A stretch of 64,000 bases of DNA from the NCBI RefSeq assembly GCF_003991155.1, contig NZ_CP031293.1. One strand, 5' to 3'. A model generated the notes under the pieces. That model had not been told where the DNA came from. It was given only the letters and a program-made list of their open reading frames with translations, and ran no database searches. Source of the stretch: Escherichia coli (GTDB taxonomy: Bacteria; Pseudomonadota; Gammaproteobacteria; Enterobacterales; Enterobacteriaceae). Below, piece by piece: positions 49,686 through 60,029 of the stretch; the stretch's first letter is position 1, and each line of letters starts with the position of its first letter. Both the position numbers and the translations under genes were made by a program.

Positions 49686-50003
49686 ATGAAAGAACATTAT
49701 ATCTTACAGTTCCCGTTTACTTCAGCGGCGGGAGACGTAATTAACACTCTGCAATTACGTCGCCTGAAAGTAAAAGATATGCGCAACGCGCGCCGGATCA
49801 GCGAAAAACCTGAAGAGTGGGATGAACCGCTAATGGCGGCAATGACCGGACTGGTGCCAGAAGATTTAGCTGAAATGGATTTGCTGGATTACCAGGCATT
49901 GCAGAAACGATTTCAATCCATGCTTAGCGTGGCTACAGAATCCGCCACTGTTATGGCAAGCGATGGCGTTACTGGCGAGATGGTTTCGCTTTCCACCCAG
50001 TGA
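49686..50003 (+). CDS. Tail assembly chaperone (gpE/gp41-like)
   Basis: 105-aa acidic protein directly upstream of the tape measure gene. Confidence 0.65.
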   Translation: MKEHYILQFPFTSAAGDVINTLQLRRLKVKDMRNARRISEKPEEWDEPLMAAMTGLVPEDLAEMDLLDYQALQKRFQSMLSVATESATVMASDGVTGEMVSLSTQ

Positions 50004-50192
50004 GATAGACGCCCTTACCGTCGATGACTTTAGCAACTGGCTGGATGAAGCCAGCGCCCAAATAAAAATCGAATATGACTCGCAGACCTGATGTCTGCGA
50101 GTTTCCCAAGCCCGTCAGGTTTATTTCTTCCCTGCCCCTTTTTTTAGAAAAATAACCAGCGGGCCATTATCAATATTTAAAGAGAAACAATT

Positions 50193-52568
50193 TTGGCCAA
50201 CGATATTATTACCCAGCTTCAGGCGCGTAATGAGACGTTGACGCAGGCAATAGCCCGTTACGGCTCACTCAACGCCAGAACATTGTTAACTCTCTCTACT
50301 CAGCAGGCGACAGTTATCAAACTAACGCAGCAGCTTGCCGATTCCGCTCTCCGCCTGGAGGAAAATAGCCGCAGCCGCGCTAATCTGATGGAGAAAACCC
50401 AAACATTTGCCGGGCAATTTAGCAAAGTATTCAATGTTGAAGCCCCCGACTGGAAGTTGCCGTATGAGTTTCAGGACAACATGGTCAATATGGCGACCAA
50501 AGGTGGGATGAATGCTACAACCCGCGAGACGCTCAGCCTTAATCTGCGCGACTGGAGCATGGATTTTAACCAGCAGCAGACCACCTTACAGAACGCAGCC
50601 CAAACGCTGATCGAAGGCAATTTGTCGTCGATACAGGATCTCAACCGTTATATGCCGGAGATCGCCAAAGCTGCCACCGCCACGCGCGAAAGTGCTGAAA
50701 CATGGGCGAATGCCGCGCTCGCAACCCATGATCGACTGAATATTGCCCCGGAAAATTTCCACGCCGCGCAAAACATGATGTACGGCATTAGCAAAAGCGG
50801 TGGGCCTGCCATTGCTGAACAAACGCAGTGGATAGAGAAATTTGCAGGTAAAACCGGCGCTCAGGGTCTGGAAGGTATGGCTGAACTGACCGCCACCATG
50901 CAGATCGCCATGAAAAACGGGGCCAGCGCCAGTGCGGCGGCGGAGAATTTCGACCACTTTCTGCAAACCACCTTTTCGAAAAAAACCGATTACTGGTTCG
51001 TCAGCCAGGGCGTTGATCTGCAAGGCTCTCTGCTTGAGCATCAGCAAAACGGTATGGGTGTTAGCGAAGCCATGACTCATATCGTGCAAATGCAGCTTGA
51101 GAAGATGAATCCGGCGATCCTCGACACCTTCAAACGCACCATGCAGATCGAAGATTTATCTGCCCGCAGCAATGCGCTGCAATCGATGGTGACGCAGTTT
51201 AATCTGGGGGAAATGTTCGGCGATGCGCAAACAGTGGAATTCCTGGCCCCTATGCTGGCGAATATGGAGGAATATCGCCAGTTAAAAGCCTCTGCCATGC
51301 AAGCCACCAGCAAGAATCTGATTGATGCCGACTTTTCTGCGCAAATGGCCTCGCCCATTGAACAGACTAAAGCGTTACAGCTGGCGTTAAATGATTTATG
51401 GCTCAGCATTGGCTTGCAATTAATGCCGCTGATTGGCGAGCTGGCACAAAGCCTTACGCCGGTTATTCGTCAGTTCAGCGCCTGGCTACGTGAGCACCCG
51501 ACACTGGTGCAAAACATCGCGAAAATCGTCGGGGCGATTTGGCTGTTTAACGGTGCGCTGAATGTTTTAAAGCTGGGCGCGAACCTCATCACCTCGCCGT
51601 TTATTCGTCTGGTCGATATCTTCCTGAAAGTCAAGGCAAGTCTGGCGCTCACAGGCGGGGCAAGTAAGATGCTATCAGCGGTTAAGTCATTGGGTGGCGG
51701 CGCAAAATGGCTAACGCAACTGCTTGGTCGTGGCCTGATTGGAACATTGAAACTGGTTGGTCGGACCGTTCTCTCACTAGGCCGGGTGCTACTGATGAAT
51801 CCCATTGGTCTGGTCATCACTGCGATTGCGGGCGCTGCTTATCTGATTTATCGCAACTGGGAGCCTATCTCCAGGTTCTTTTCGACCATCTGGCAACGTA
51901 TCACCACGGCCTTTGACGGCGGCATTGCAGGAATTTGTCGGTTGATTCTCGACTGGTCACCGCTGGAGTTGTTCTATAGCGCCTTTTCCAGTGTGATGAA
52001 TTGGTTTGGTGTCGAGATGCCTGCAAGTTTTAGCGAGTTCGGCAGCAATCTTCTGGGCAGTCTGGTTGACGGCATAATGAATGCCTTCCCCGCTCTGAAA
52101 GGCATTATTGATCAGGTAAAAAACGCCATCCCAGACTGGCTAAAAACCACGATGGGTATTAGTACAGAAGGATCGGCTACAGCTATTACAAGCACGACTA
52201 ATACCGCATCCGTCTCCCCCGCGACCGTTGTTCCAGGCGTTGCCGGTGCGATTTTAACGCCGCCGGTGGGCAAACAACTCGCGCCATCCGGCAAAACGGC
52301 TACGCCGTCATCGGCGCCAGCGGCAAAAAATACAGCCGCCAAACCCGTATCTGCCTCTTTACCTGGTAAATCCGTAACCAAAGCGGCGACGCTACCTTCC
52401 CGTTCCTCAGGAAAAGTTCAGGTGAATTTTTCGCCACAAATTACCGTGCAGGGTAACGGACAAAACACCACTAAAGAGATTCAGAACGTGTTGACGATGA
52501 GTAAACGCGAACTGGAAAGAATGATTAACGATGTAATGGCGCAGCAGCAGCGCCGGGGGTATGCCTAA
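50193..52568 (+). CDS. Tail tape measure protein
   Basis: 791 aa, largely alpha-helical, hydrophobic central segments, Ala/Pro/Ser/Thr-rich C-terminal region; track start is TTG. Confidence 0.85.
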   Translation: MANDIITQLQARNETLTQAIARYGSLNARTLLTLSTQQATVIKLTQQLADSALRLEENSRSRANLMEKTQTFAGQFSKVFNVEAPDWKLPYEFQDNMVNMATKGGMNATTRETLSLNLRDWSMDFNQQQTTLQNAAQTLIEGNLSSIQDLNRYMPEIAKAATATRESAETWANAALATHDRLNIAPENFHAAQNMMYGISKSGGPAIAEQTQWIEKFAGKTGAQGLEGMAELTATMQIAMKNGASASAAAENFDHFLQTTFSKKTDYWFVSQGVDLQGSLLEHQQNGMGVSEAMTHIVQMQLEKMNPAILDTFKRTMQIEDLSARSNALQSMVTQFNLGEMFGDAQTVEFLAPMLANMEEYRQLKASAMQATSKNLIDADFSAQMASPIEQTKALQLALNDLWLSIGLQLMPLIGELAQSLTPVIRQFSAWLREHPTLVQNIAKIVGAIWLFNGALNVLKLGANLITSPFIRLVDIFLKVKASLALTGGASKMLSAVKSLGGGAKWLTQLLGRGLIGTLKLVGRTVLSLGRVLLMNPIGLVITAIAGAAYLIYRNWEPISRFFSTIWQRITTAFDGGIAGICRLILDWSPLELFYSAFSSVMNWFGVEMPASFSEFGSNLLGSLVDGIMNAFPALKGIIDQVKNAIPDWLKTTMGISTEGSATAITSTTNTASVSPATVVPGVAGAILTPPVGKQLAPSGKTATPSSAPAAKNTAAKPVSASLPGKSVTKAATLPSRSSGKVQVNFSPQITVQGNGQNTTKEIQNVLTMSKRELERMINDVMAQQQRRGYA

Positions 52569-53521
52569 TGTATGCCGTTTTAGGAGAGATTGAATTTAAG
52601 GTTGTCACATTCTGGGACGGCTTTAAAAGCACAATGGGCGTGGATTACGCCACACATGCCCGTATAGAAGGCAAACCCGGCGTGCAGTTTATTGGCGATA
52701 AGCTGGATATGCTGGCGCTGGAATTTTCCCTGCACAGCCAGTTTTGCCAGCCCACAACAGAGCTGAACCGACTGCGTGAAGCCATGCTTGCTCACAAGGC
52801 GATGGCACTGGTATTTGGCAATGGCGATTATCGCGGCTGGTTTGTGATTACGGAGCTAACCGCCACCCACCAGCACACCGATCCCTGGGGCAATGTGATT
52901 GCCCAAAACGGAACGATGTCGCTCCAGGAGTACACCGGCGATCCTAAAAATCCACTTTTACCTCCGGCGATTACCACCCAGGAGCCCAACATCGAGGAAA
53001 AGGCGAGCGATTTTCCCGACAAGGTGGAGTCCTGGTTTGATCAGATATTAAACGCCATTGAAGAAGGTATGCGTAAGGCCAAAGAGATGCTGGATGAACT
53101 GACACAATCCATTGAAGATATTAAAAAAACGGTGGCAAAAGTGAAAGCAATGATTAAAGAGGCCAAAGCGTTAAAAGAAAAGTGTGAAAAGATAATTACG
53201 TCATTGAAAAAGACAATCGACGCCATCGAAACCCTGTTTAAACAGCCAATGGATCTGCAAACGCTGGCAGGCCTACCAAAAGCGTTGTCGGCGCAGATTA
53301 AAGCTTTACTGGGTAACATGCCAGGTATCCGGGACTGCGCCAATGACGCCAGTACGCTGGTTGACCATGCTCAGGCGCTTTTCGACGACATTACCAGCGA
53401 CATCGCCGAAGCGACGTTCGATAAAGCCACGTCGTTGGTTGAGCAGGCACGTACAACGGTACAACAAACCACTCCCGCAGTGAGCCAGCTTGCTGCCGTA
53501 ACCATTACCAGGAGCTGGTAA
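52568..53521 (+). CDS. Tail protein, gpU / DNA-circulation N-terminal-domain-like, with coiled-coil C-terminal extension
   Basis: N-terminal 140 aa resemble P2 gpU / Mu gpN N-domain; C-terminal half is Lys/Glu-rich coiled coil. Confidence 0.6.
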   Translation: MYAVLGEIEFKVVTFWDGFKSTMGVDYATHARIEGKPGVQFIGDKLDMLALEFSLHSQFCQPTTELNRLREAMLAHKAMALVFGNGDYRGWFVITELTATHQHTDPWGNVIAQNGTMSLQEYTGDPKNPLLPPAITTQEPNIEEKASDFPDKVESWFDQILNAIEEGMRKAKEMLDELTQSIEDIKKTVAKVKAMIKEAKALKEKCEKIITSLKKTIDAIETLFKQPMDLQTLAGLPKALSAQIKALLGNMPGIRDCANDASTLVDHAQALFDDITSDIAEATFDKATSLVEQARTTVQQTTPAVSQLAAVTITRSW

Positions 53522-53730
53522 TGCGATACCTTGAACATATCACCACCGATGGCGAACGCTGGGATAACCTGGCATGGCATTACTACGGTGATGCGCTGGC
53601 TTATGAACGCATAATCGCCGCCAATCCACATGTAGCCATTTACCCGGTACTGCCTTCCGGTATTCAGCTCATTATTCCGGTCATTTCCGTTAATAAAACC
53701 TTATCGGAGATCCCACCATGGCTGAGATGA
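53521..53730 (+). CDS. Tail protein X-like (LysM-like)
   Basis: 69 aa with the DxWDxLAxxYYGD...ANP pattern typical of P2 gpX. Confidence 0.65.
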   Translation: MRYLEHITTDGERWDNLAWHYYGDALAYERIIAANPHVAIYPVLPSGIQLIIPVISVNKTLSEIPPWLR

Positions 53731-54758
53731 GCGTAACTGGTGGCGTCTTTGCCACACTCACGCCCATTTTTACCCTCTGGTATGGGCATAAAGATATCAC
53801 TTATGACATCACACCCTATGTCACCAGCATCAGTTACCACGACAGCATCAAAAACGAGTCGGATACCATCGCAATTACACTGGATGACACAGATGGACGC
53901 TGGATAAAAGAGTGGTATCCCGGCAAAGGCGATACGCTGGCGCTGCATATAGGTTATCAGGGGGAAAAGCTGCTCGATTGTGGCCAGTATATTATTGATA
54001 AAATTGATATTTCAGCGCCACCTTCCACGGTAAATATTGATGGCATCGCCACTTCCGTCAATCAGGCGCTGCGCACCCGTAACAGCCAGGGCTTTGAAGA
54101 AACGACGCTTTCGGCGATCGCCAGCCGTATTGCCCAAACGCACGGTCTGAAACTGGTGGGCAAAATCGAGTCGCTCACCATCGACCGGGTAACGCAGTAT
54201 GGTGAAACCGATGTCGGATTTCTCAAACGTCTGGCCAGTGAATATGGTTATGCCGTAAAAGTGACGACAAAAGAGCTGATTTTTTCACATTTACCCACGC
54301 TGCGCTGCCTGACGCCTGTGAAAAAGATCGATCGCAAAGAGGTTTCTCATTTTACCTTCAAAGACACCATTAACCGGATCTACAAGAACGCCACCGTACA
54401 GCATCAAAATAGTAAGAAAAAAGAACTGGTTATCTACACTCACAACAGCCAGCAAAAACCATCTGTCCGTGGAGTCGGCACTAGTGCCGACACGCTAAAA
54501 CTGAACAGTCGGGCGACGGACGTTGGCGCAGCACAGGCAAAGGCTAACGCTGCACTCGACAGCCACAACGAATATCAGCAAACCGGAACGCTCACAATGA
54601 TGGGCTGCCCGGAACTGACGGCGGGCAATAAAATTGAACTGACCGATTTTGGCGTGATTTCCGGTCAGTGGCTGATTGATAAATCTACTCACAGTTTTGT
54701 GCGCAGCGGCTATACCACTGAAATCGACGTGTCACGCGGGCCAGCGACCAGCCAGTAA
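53718..54758 (+). CDS. Tail/baseplate hub protein (P2 gpD / Mu gpP-like)
   Basis: 346 aa following gpU-like and gpX-like genes. Confidence 0.65.
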   Translation: MAEMSVTGGVFATLTPIFTLWYGHKDITYDITPYVTSISYHDSIKNESDTIAITLDDTDGRWIKEWYPGKGDTLALHIGYQGEKLLDCGQYIIDKIDISAPPSTVNIDGIATSVNQALRTRNSQGFEETTLSAIASRIAQTHGLKLVGKIESLTIDRVTQYGETDVGFLKRLASEYGYAVKVTTKELIFSHLPTLRCLTPVKKIDRKEVSHFTFKDTINRIYKNATVQHQNSKKKELVIYTHNSQQKPSVRGVGTSADTLKLNSRATDVGAAQAKANAALDSHNEYQQTGTLTMMGCPELTAGNKIELTDFGVISGQWLIDKSTHSFVRSGYTTEIDVSRGPATSQ

Positions 54759-54767
54759 GGAGGAAAT

Positions 54768-55469
54768 ATGAAAGGAGTAACCCGTCAAACGGGGATTATC
54801 AGCGATATTGACGAAACCAGTGTTCGGGTACGGGTCACTCTACCAGAGTGTGACAATCTGAAGAGCAACTGGCTTGCGGTACTTCAACGCAATTCCCAGG
54901 ACAATAAAGACTACTGGCTACCGGATATGGGCGAGCAAGTGGAAGTTCTGCTGGACGATAACGGTGAAGATGGCGTGGTGCTGGGTGCCGTTTATTCTAC
55001 GGTTGACACCGCGCCTGTAGCCTCGCGCGACAAACGTTACGTCCAGTTTTCTGATGGCGCAGCGTTTGAATATGACCGCAGCACGCACCAGCTGACGATT
55101 AACGGCGGTATCGAGAAAATCGTGATTGAGGTTATCGACAGCACCCGCCTGACATCGCCCAACGTTGAGATTAAAGCCCAACACGTCACCGTGACTTCCG
55201 ATACCGTCGATGTTAAAGCGACCGATGTCAGCATCGACGCCACTAAGGTCGAGGTTAAAGCAGCAGCAGTGACGGTAGATGCGCCCATGAGCACCTTTAC
55301 TGGCAACGTCACGGTAATGAAAAAACTCACCTGGCTTGGCGGGATGGCAGGAAGTGGAGGCATCGGTAACGCAGCCACGATAACCGGCAATGTCAACGTG
55401 ATCGGCAACGTTCAGGCCAGCGGCGCATTGCAGGACAGCGGTGGCAACTCCAACCACCATTCACACTGA
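54768..55469 (+). CDS. Baseplate central spike protein (gpV-like)
   Basis: 233 aa; beta-rich repeats (VEIKAQHVTVTSDTVDVKATDVSIDATKVEVKAAAVTVDA); C-terminal HHSH. Confidence 0.75.
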   Translation: MKGVTRQTGIISDIDETSVRVRVTLPECDNLKSNWLAVLQRNSQDNKDYWLPDMGEQVEVLLDDNGEDGVVLGAVYSTVDTAPVASRDKRYVQFSDGAAFEYDRSTHQLTINGGIEKIVIEVIDSTRLTSPNVEIKAQHVTVTSDTVDVKATDVSIDATKVEVKAAAVTVDAPMSTFTGNVTVMKKLTWLGGMAGSGGIGNAATITGNVNVIGNVQASGALQDSGGNSNHHSH

Positions 55470-55567
55470 CTTTTAACCCGCCTGATGGCGGGTTTTCTCT
55501 TTTTAATCAATCAGTTTTCTAAATCGCTTTAATATCTCCACAGCCCGTTCAGGGCGAAAATACCCTC

Positions 55568-55927
55568 ATGAACACAAAAACACGCCCCTCAACGCTGCAC
55601 TGGCAACCGGCCTTGCAGCGGCCTGAAGAATACGTCTGCGGGCTGGATGATATTCACCAGGCAATACACATCATTCTGCGTACACCGCGCGGCAGTGATC
55701 CCCACAGACCGCTGTTTGGCAGCAACTTGTGGCACTACATCGATTACCCCATCGAGCGGGCTATCCCGCATGTGGTACGGGAGTCGGTGGAAGCCATCCG
55801 CCAGTGGGAACCGCGCTGTCGGTTGCTGAAGGTGACACCAGTAATCGACGGCGAACATCTGACGTTACGTGTGCAATGGCGCGCCGCTGACGGCGTTATC
55901 AACTCAACGGAGGTGTTATGGCGATAG
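55568..55927 (+). CDS. Baseplate wedge protein (GPW/gp25 lysozyme-like family)
   Basis: 119 aa with family-typical GxDxxxAIHIIL...GSxPxRPxFGS pattern. Confidence 0.75.
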   Translation: MNTKTRPSTLHWQPALQRPEEYVCGLDDIHQAIHIILRTPRGSDPHRPLFGSNLWHYIDYPIERAIPHVVRESVEAIRQWEPRCRLLKVTPVIDGEHLTLRVQWRAADGVINSTEVLWR

Positions 55928-57033
55928 CCGAACCCAATTTTATTGACCGCGATCCTGCGCAAATTACCAGTGAGATGATTGCGCAATACGAAGATGCCAG
56001 TGGTAAAAAACTCTATCCGGCACAGGCTGAGCGGTTGCTCATCGACCTGTTTGCCTATCGTGAAAACCTTGTACGCATCGCCATTCAGGAAGCGGCGAAA
56101 CAAAACCTGGTCGCGTATTCCCGCGCGCCAATGCTGGATTATTTAGGGGAGTTGGTGGGAGTTCACCGTTTGCCTGCGCAGCCTGCAAAAACGACGTTGC
56201 AGTTTTCGGTCGTTAGTGCGTATCCCGGCAATATCCTGATTCCCCAGGGGACGCGGGCCAGTGCCTCTGATAGCGTGATGTTCGCCACCGATGAAGATGT
56301 TCTGCTTCCGGCCAGGAGTTTGCATATCGCCGTTCCTGCCACCAGCCTCGCAGCAGGTGAACAGGGTAACGGCTGGCAGCCTGCACAAATTAGCGCACTG
56401 GTCGACAGGATTGGTCATTATGACATCAACGTAACCAACCTGACTGCGTCAACGGGCGGCTGCGGTGAAGAGAGCGATGACGCATTGCGCCAGCGTATCC
56501 AACTGGCACCAGAAAGCTTTAGTAATGCGGGCAGCTATGGTGCCTACCGCTTTCATACGCTTTCTGTTAGCCAGTCGATTATTGACGTTGCAGTACTGGG
56601 GCCGGACGAGGGATTGCCAGAAGGCTGCGTGGAGATCTACCCGCTAACCCTGAATGGTCTACCCGGCACGGAGTTGCTGGCGCAGATTGAACAAGAAGTC
56701 AGCAAGGAGAAAAAACGACCGCTGACCGACAAAGTGAGTGCGAAATGCGCTCTTCGAGTGCCGTATGAGATCCGTGCGCAGCTAATGCTGTTTACCACCG
56801 CCGATCAGGAGACAACGCTGGCTGCGGCGCGTAAAGCGATTAGCCTCTGGACGCAACAGCGGCAGAAACATCTGGGGCAGGACATTGTGCCAAACCAGAT
56901 AATCAAAGTGTTACAGGTCGATGGCGTCTATGACGTTGCGCTGAATATGCCTACAAAACGTATTTTGCAGGCGCATGAATGGGCGGAATGCACTGCAATA
57001 GACGTCACGATTGCCGGAGTCAGCGATGGATAA
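55918..57033 (+). CDS. Baseplate J-like protein
   Basis: 371 aa; start overlaps the gpW-like stop. Confidence 0.75.
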   Translation: MAIAEPNFIDRDPAQITSEMIAQYEDASGKKLYPAQAERLLIDLFAYRENLVRIAIQEAAKQNLVAYSRAPMLDYLGELVGVHRLPAQPAKTTLQFSVVSAYPGNILIPQGTRASASDSVMFATDEDVLLPARSLHIAVPATSLAAGEQGNGWQPAQISALVDRIGHYDINVTNLTASTGGCGEESDDALRQRIQLAPESFSNAGSYGAYRFHTLSVSQSIIDVAVLGPDEGLPEGCVEIYPLTLNGLPGTELLAQIEQEVSKEKKRPLTDKVSAKCALRVPYEIRAQLMLFTTADQETTLAAARKAISLWTQQRQKHLGQDIVPNQIIKVLQVDGVYDVALNMPTKRILQAHEWAECTAIDVTIAGVSDG

Positions 57034-57742
57034 ATTGCTGCCACCGCCGCCGCTTGCCAGCGATGAGCGTTTTTCGATTCTGGCAAACATCGCCGCCGAG
57101 CGTTTTGCCCAACTCGATCTGACGGCGTTGATGGTTTATCTGGTCGACCTGGTTGATGCTTCGGCATTACCAGCCCTTGCAGAACAATTTCACGTTCAGG
57201 GGCTGGAAGGTTGGTTATTTACCACCGATGAGCGGGAGAAACGCGAGTTAATTAAACAAGCCATTGAACTGCATAAATATAAAGGAACAATTTGGGCGGT
57301 ACGGCGAGTGCTGGAAATACTTTCCTTACCCGGAACTATTTCAGAATGGTTTGAATATGGGGGAAGGGCTTATTTTTTTAAGGTAAATATTACACTAGAG
57401 GAAAAAGGATTAAATGAAGATGAATTCAATGCACTTATCACATTAATTCATGAATATAAAAATGTTCGTTCAAAGCTGGAAAGCATTGTTATTTGGCTTA
57501 TTAATCGAAGCCCAATACCAGTTATTGGCAGCGCCATGCAAGGAGGGGAAGTCATTACAGTATTGCCTCCTGTTGCAGAAAGCCTCAGCCAGTCATCAGG
57601 AATATTTTTAGCGACGGGTTATTGTGTGGAGGAATATATCCAACTACTACCTTATCAACCCGATCGCCTTACACAATCCCAACCGATGAAGGTCGGCACA
57701 GGATACTGGAGCACCGAAATTATGTCTGTATATCCGGAGTAA
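57026..57742 (+). CDS. Tail protein I-like (baseplate wedge)
   Basis: ATG at 57026 overlapping the J stop (track start 57011 is TTG); about 238 aa. Confidence 0.65.
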   Translation: MDKLLPPPPLASDERFSILANIAAERFAQLDLTALMVYLVDLVDASALPALAEQFHVQGLEGWLFTTDEREKRELIKQAIELHKYKGTIWAVRRVLEILSLPGTISEWFEYGGRAYFFKVNITLEEKGLNEDEFNALITLIHEYKNVRSKLESIVIWLINRSPIPVIGSAMQGGEVITVLPPVAESLSQSSGIFLATGYCVEEYIQLLPYQPDRLTQSQPMKVGTGYWSTEIMSVYPE

Positions 57743-57744
57743 TA

Positions 57745-59325
57745 ATGGCAAGTGAATTTTTTACAATATTAACTGCTGCAGGCAAAGCCAAAATTGCCTC
57801 AGCACTGGCCGAGCAAAAACAGATCCGTCTGCAAACTATGGTAGTTGGCGACGGTAATGGTAAATATATCGAACCGACAGAAAGTCAGACCAAAGTAGTC
57901 CATGAGGTCTGGCGTGGTCAGCTCAATACATTAAAAATTGCGCCAGATAATCCGGCCTGGGTTATCGCAGAAGCGATTATTCCCGAACAAGTCGGAGGCT
58001 GGTATGTACGCGAAGTTGGGTTACTGGATACCGACGGCACGCTGGTCGCTATTGGTAAATTCCCGGAAACCTATAAGCCACGATTACCTGCGGGGGCCAG
58101 TAAGCAAATCGTTATACGCGCGGTCATGGAAGTCACCAATGCAGACGCGGTGACGCTTTTGATCGACCCTTCAGTCGTTGTGGCAACCAGGGAATATGTC
58201 GATGACGCGTTGAAAACACATCAGCAATCACGAAATCATCCTGATGCGACGCTGACACAAAAAGGTTTTACGCAGCTCAGTAATGCAACTAATAGCGATG
58301 ATGAGACTAAAGCAGCCACGCCAAAAGCGGTAAAAACGGCATATGACCTGGCAAATAGCAAAGCCGCAACCAGTCATACTCATGCCTGGAATCAGATTAC
58401 TGGTATCCCTGACGGTACACTGACGCAGAAAGGAGTCGTTAAACTTAACAACACAACAAATAGCACCAGTACAACGGAAGCTGCAACGCCAAGTGCGGTT
58501 AAAGCAGCGATGGACAAGGCTATTGCTGCGGCGCCGTCCAGCCATACCCATGCCTGGGGGCAAATAACAGGTATCCCCGACGGTACGCTGACACAAAAAG
58601 GGGTCGTGAAACTTAATAATGCGACCAACAGCACCAGTACGACGGAAGCTGCGACGCCGAACGCGGTTAAGGCAGCGATGGATAAGGCTATTGCTGCGGA
58701 AAGCTGTCCTGTTGGGATGCCTATTCCCTGGCCATCTGATTCTGTACCTTCAGGCTACGCTCTGATGACAGGTCAGACATTTAATAAAACCTCCTATCCC
58801 AAACTGGCAATTGCATATCCATCTGGTGTTATTCCTGATATGCGCGGATGGATAATTAAAGGAAAACCATCCAGTGGGCGCGCTATATTATCTACTGAAC
58901 TGGATGGAGTTAAATCACATAACCATACGGGCAGTATTTCGAGTACTGATTTAGGGACGAAAACCACACCCCTCACAGACTTGGGGACTAAAACTGCATC
59001 ATCATTTAACCATGGAAATAAAACAACAAGTTCATCTGGCTCAGGCTCGGCAACTGCAACAGTAAGAACAGGGACATCTTCACCAGAGGGCCAAGGCGAC
59101 TGGACATCATATGGCCCTGGTACCGGATCATCTTTGGCAATTAATGTTCCATCACACGTTCATAGTGTTACAATTGGTTCCCATTCGCACACTGTTGCGC
59201 TCGGCACCCATTCGCATTCAATTGCACTTGGTTCCCATAACCACTCCCTAACCATTAATAATACCGGCAGCACCGAAAACACCGTCAAAAATATCGCATT
59301 CAACTATATTGTGAGGCTAGCATGA
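57745..59325 (+). CDS. Tail fiber protein with tandem fiber repeats and His-rich C-terminal tip
   Basis: ATG at 57745 in frame with the track ORF; three tandem 56-aa repeats; C-terminal HxH motifs (SHSHT, THSHS, SHNHS) and [11 protein letters not shown] end. Confidence 0.85.
   Translation: MASEFFTILTAAGKAKIASALAEQKQIRLQTMVVGDGNGKYIEPTESQTKVVHEVWRGQLNTLKIAPDNPAWVIAEAIIPEQVGGWYVREVGLLDTDGTLVAIGKFPETYKPRLPAGASKQIVIRAVMEVTNADAVTLLIDPSVVVATREYVDDALKTHQQSRNHPDATLTQKGFTQLSNATNSDDETKAATPKAVKTAYDLANSKAATSHTHAWNQITGIPDGTLTQKGVVKLNNTTNSTSTTEAATPSAVKAAMDKAIAAAPSSHTHAWGQITGIPDGTLTQKGVVKLNNATNSTSTTEAATPNAVKAAMDKAIAAESCPVGMPIPWPSDSVPSGYALMTGQTFNKTSYPKLAIAYPSGVIPDMRGWIIKGKPSSGRAILSTELDGVKSHNHTGSISSTDLGTKTTPLTDLGTKTASSFNHGNKTTSSSGSGSATATVRTGTSSPEGQGDWTSYGPGTGSSLAINVPSHVHSVTIGSHSHTVALGTHSHSIALGSHNHSLTINNTGSTENTVKNIAFNYIVRLA
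58246..58700 (+). repeat. Tandem 168-bp direct repeats inside the tail fiber gene
   Basis: Repeat units begin at about 58246, 58414 and 58582; units 2 and 3 are near-identical at the DNA level. Confidence 0.8.
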
Positions 59326-60029
59326 ATACTTTTACCTTTTCTGATGAAGCTCAAATACTAACTGTATATAATTTTTCACAAGACTCCCAAGAATATATCG
59401 GTGAGTCTGATGCATACATTGCACCTAATACAGGCTTGCCAAATTATTGCACATTAATTTCACCTCCCGAAAAGGCTCCTGGTTTTACTCCAGTGTGGGA
59501 GAATGAAACATGGAGACTTATTGAAGATCATCGAGGCCAAACTGTTTATAACAAAGTTGATGGTAGCCAGCTTATTATTCAAGAATTGGGCCAATTACCT
59601 GAAAATGTAACAGTCATTTCCCCGACAGGTTCTTTTGAACGTTGGGATGGTGAAAAATGGCAACCATCTATAACCGATGCTAAAGAGGCGAAATACTCTG
59701 CAATCAAAAATCAACGCGATGCCATCACAACCGATTACATCATCATCAACAACCATCACTTCCACAGTGATACAAATAGCCGTATCCAACAGCTTTCACT
59801 CACAAAAATGGGAGCGGAGAAAAAAATTCCGCCAGGGTTAATGTGGAAAACTAAAAATAATGGTCTGATTGAGTTAACCAACGAAATCGCTGCCCAGTTT
59901 GAATCGGTCACCATGGATCACGATATGCGCTTGTTCGCAAACGCCCAGCGTCATATCGCGGCGGTGGAAGCACTGGACGATATTCAGGCGGTGCTCGACT
60001 ACGATTATTCAACAGGCTGGCAACCATGA
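59322..60029 (+). CDS. Tail fiber assembly protein (chaperone)
   Basis: 235 aa; ATGA overlap with the fiber stop. Confidence 0.7.
   Translation: MNTFTFSDEAQILTVYNFSQDSQEYIGESDAYIAPNTGLPNYCTLISPPEKAPGFTPVWENETWRLIEDHRGQTVYNKVDGSQLIIQELGQLPENVTVISPTGSFERWDGEKWQPSITDAKEAKYSAIKNQRDAITTDYIIINNHHFHSDTNSRIQQLSLTKMGAEKKIPPGLMWKTKNNGLIELTNEIAAQFESVTMDHDMRLFANAQRHIAAVEALDDIQAVLDYDYSTGWQP

Noticed and set aside
57622-57744. N-terminal extension of the tail fibre ORF (track start at 57622)
   Set aside because: Overlaps the 3' end of the gpI-like gene in another frame; the ATG at 57745 directly follows the upstream stop.
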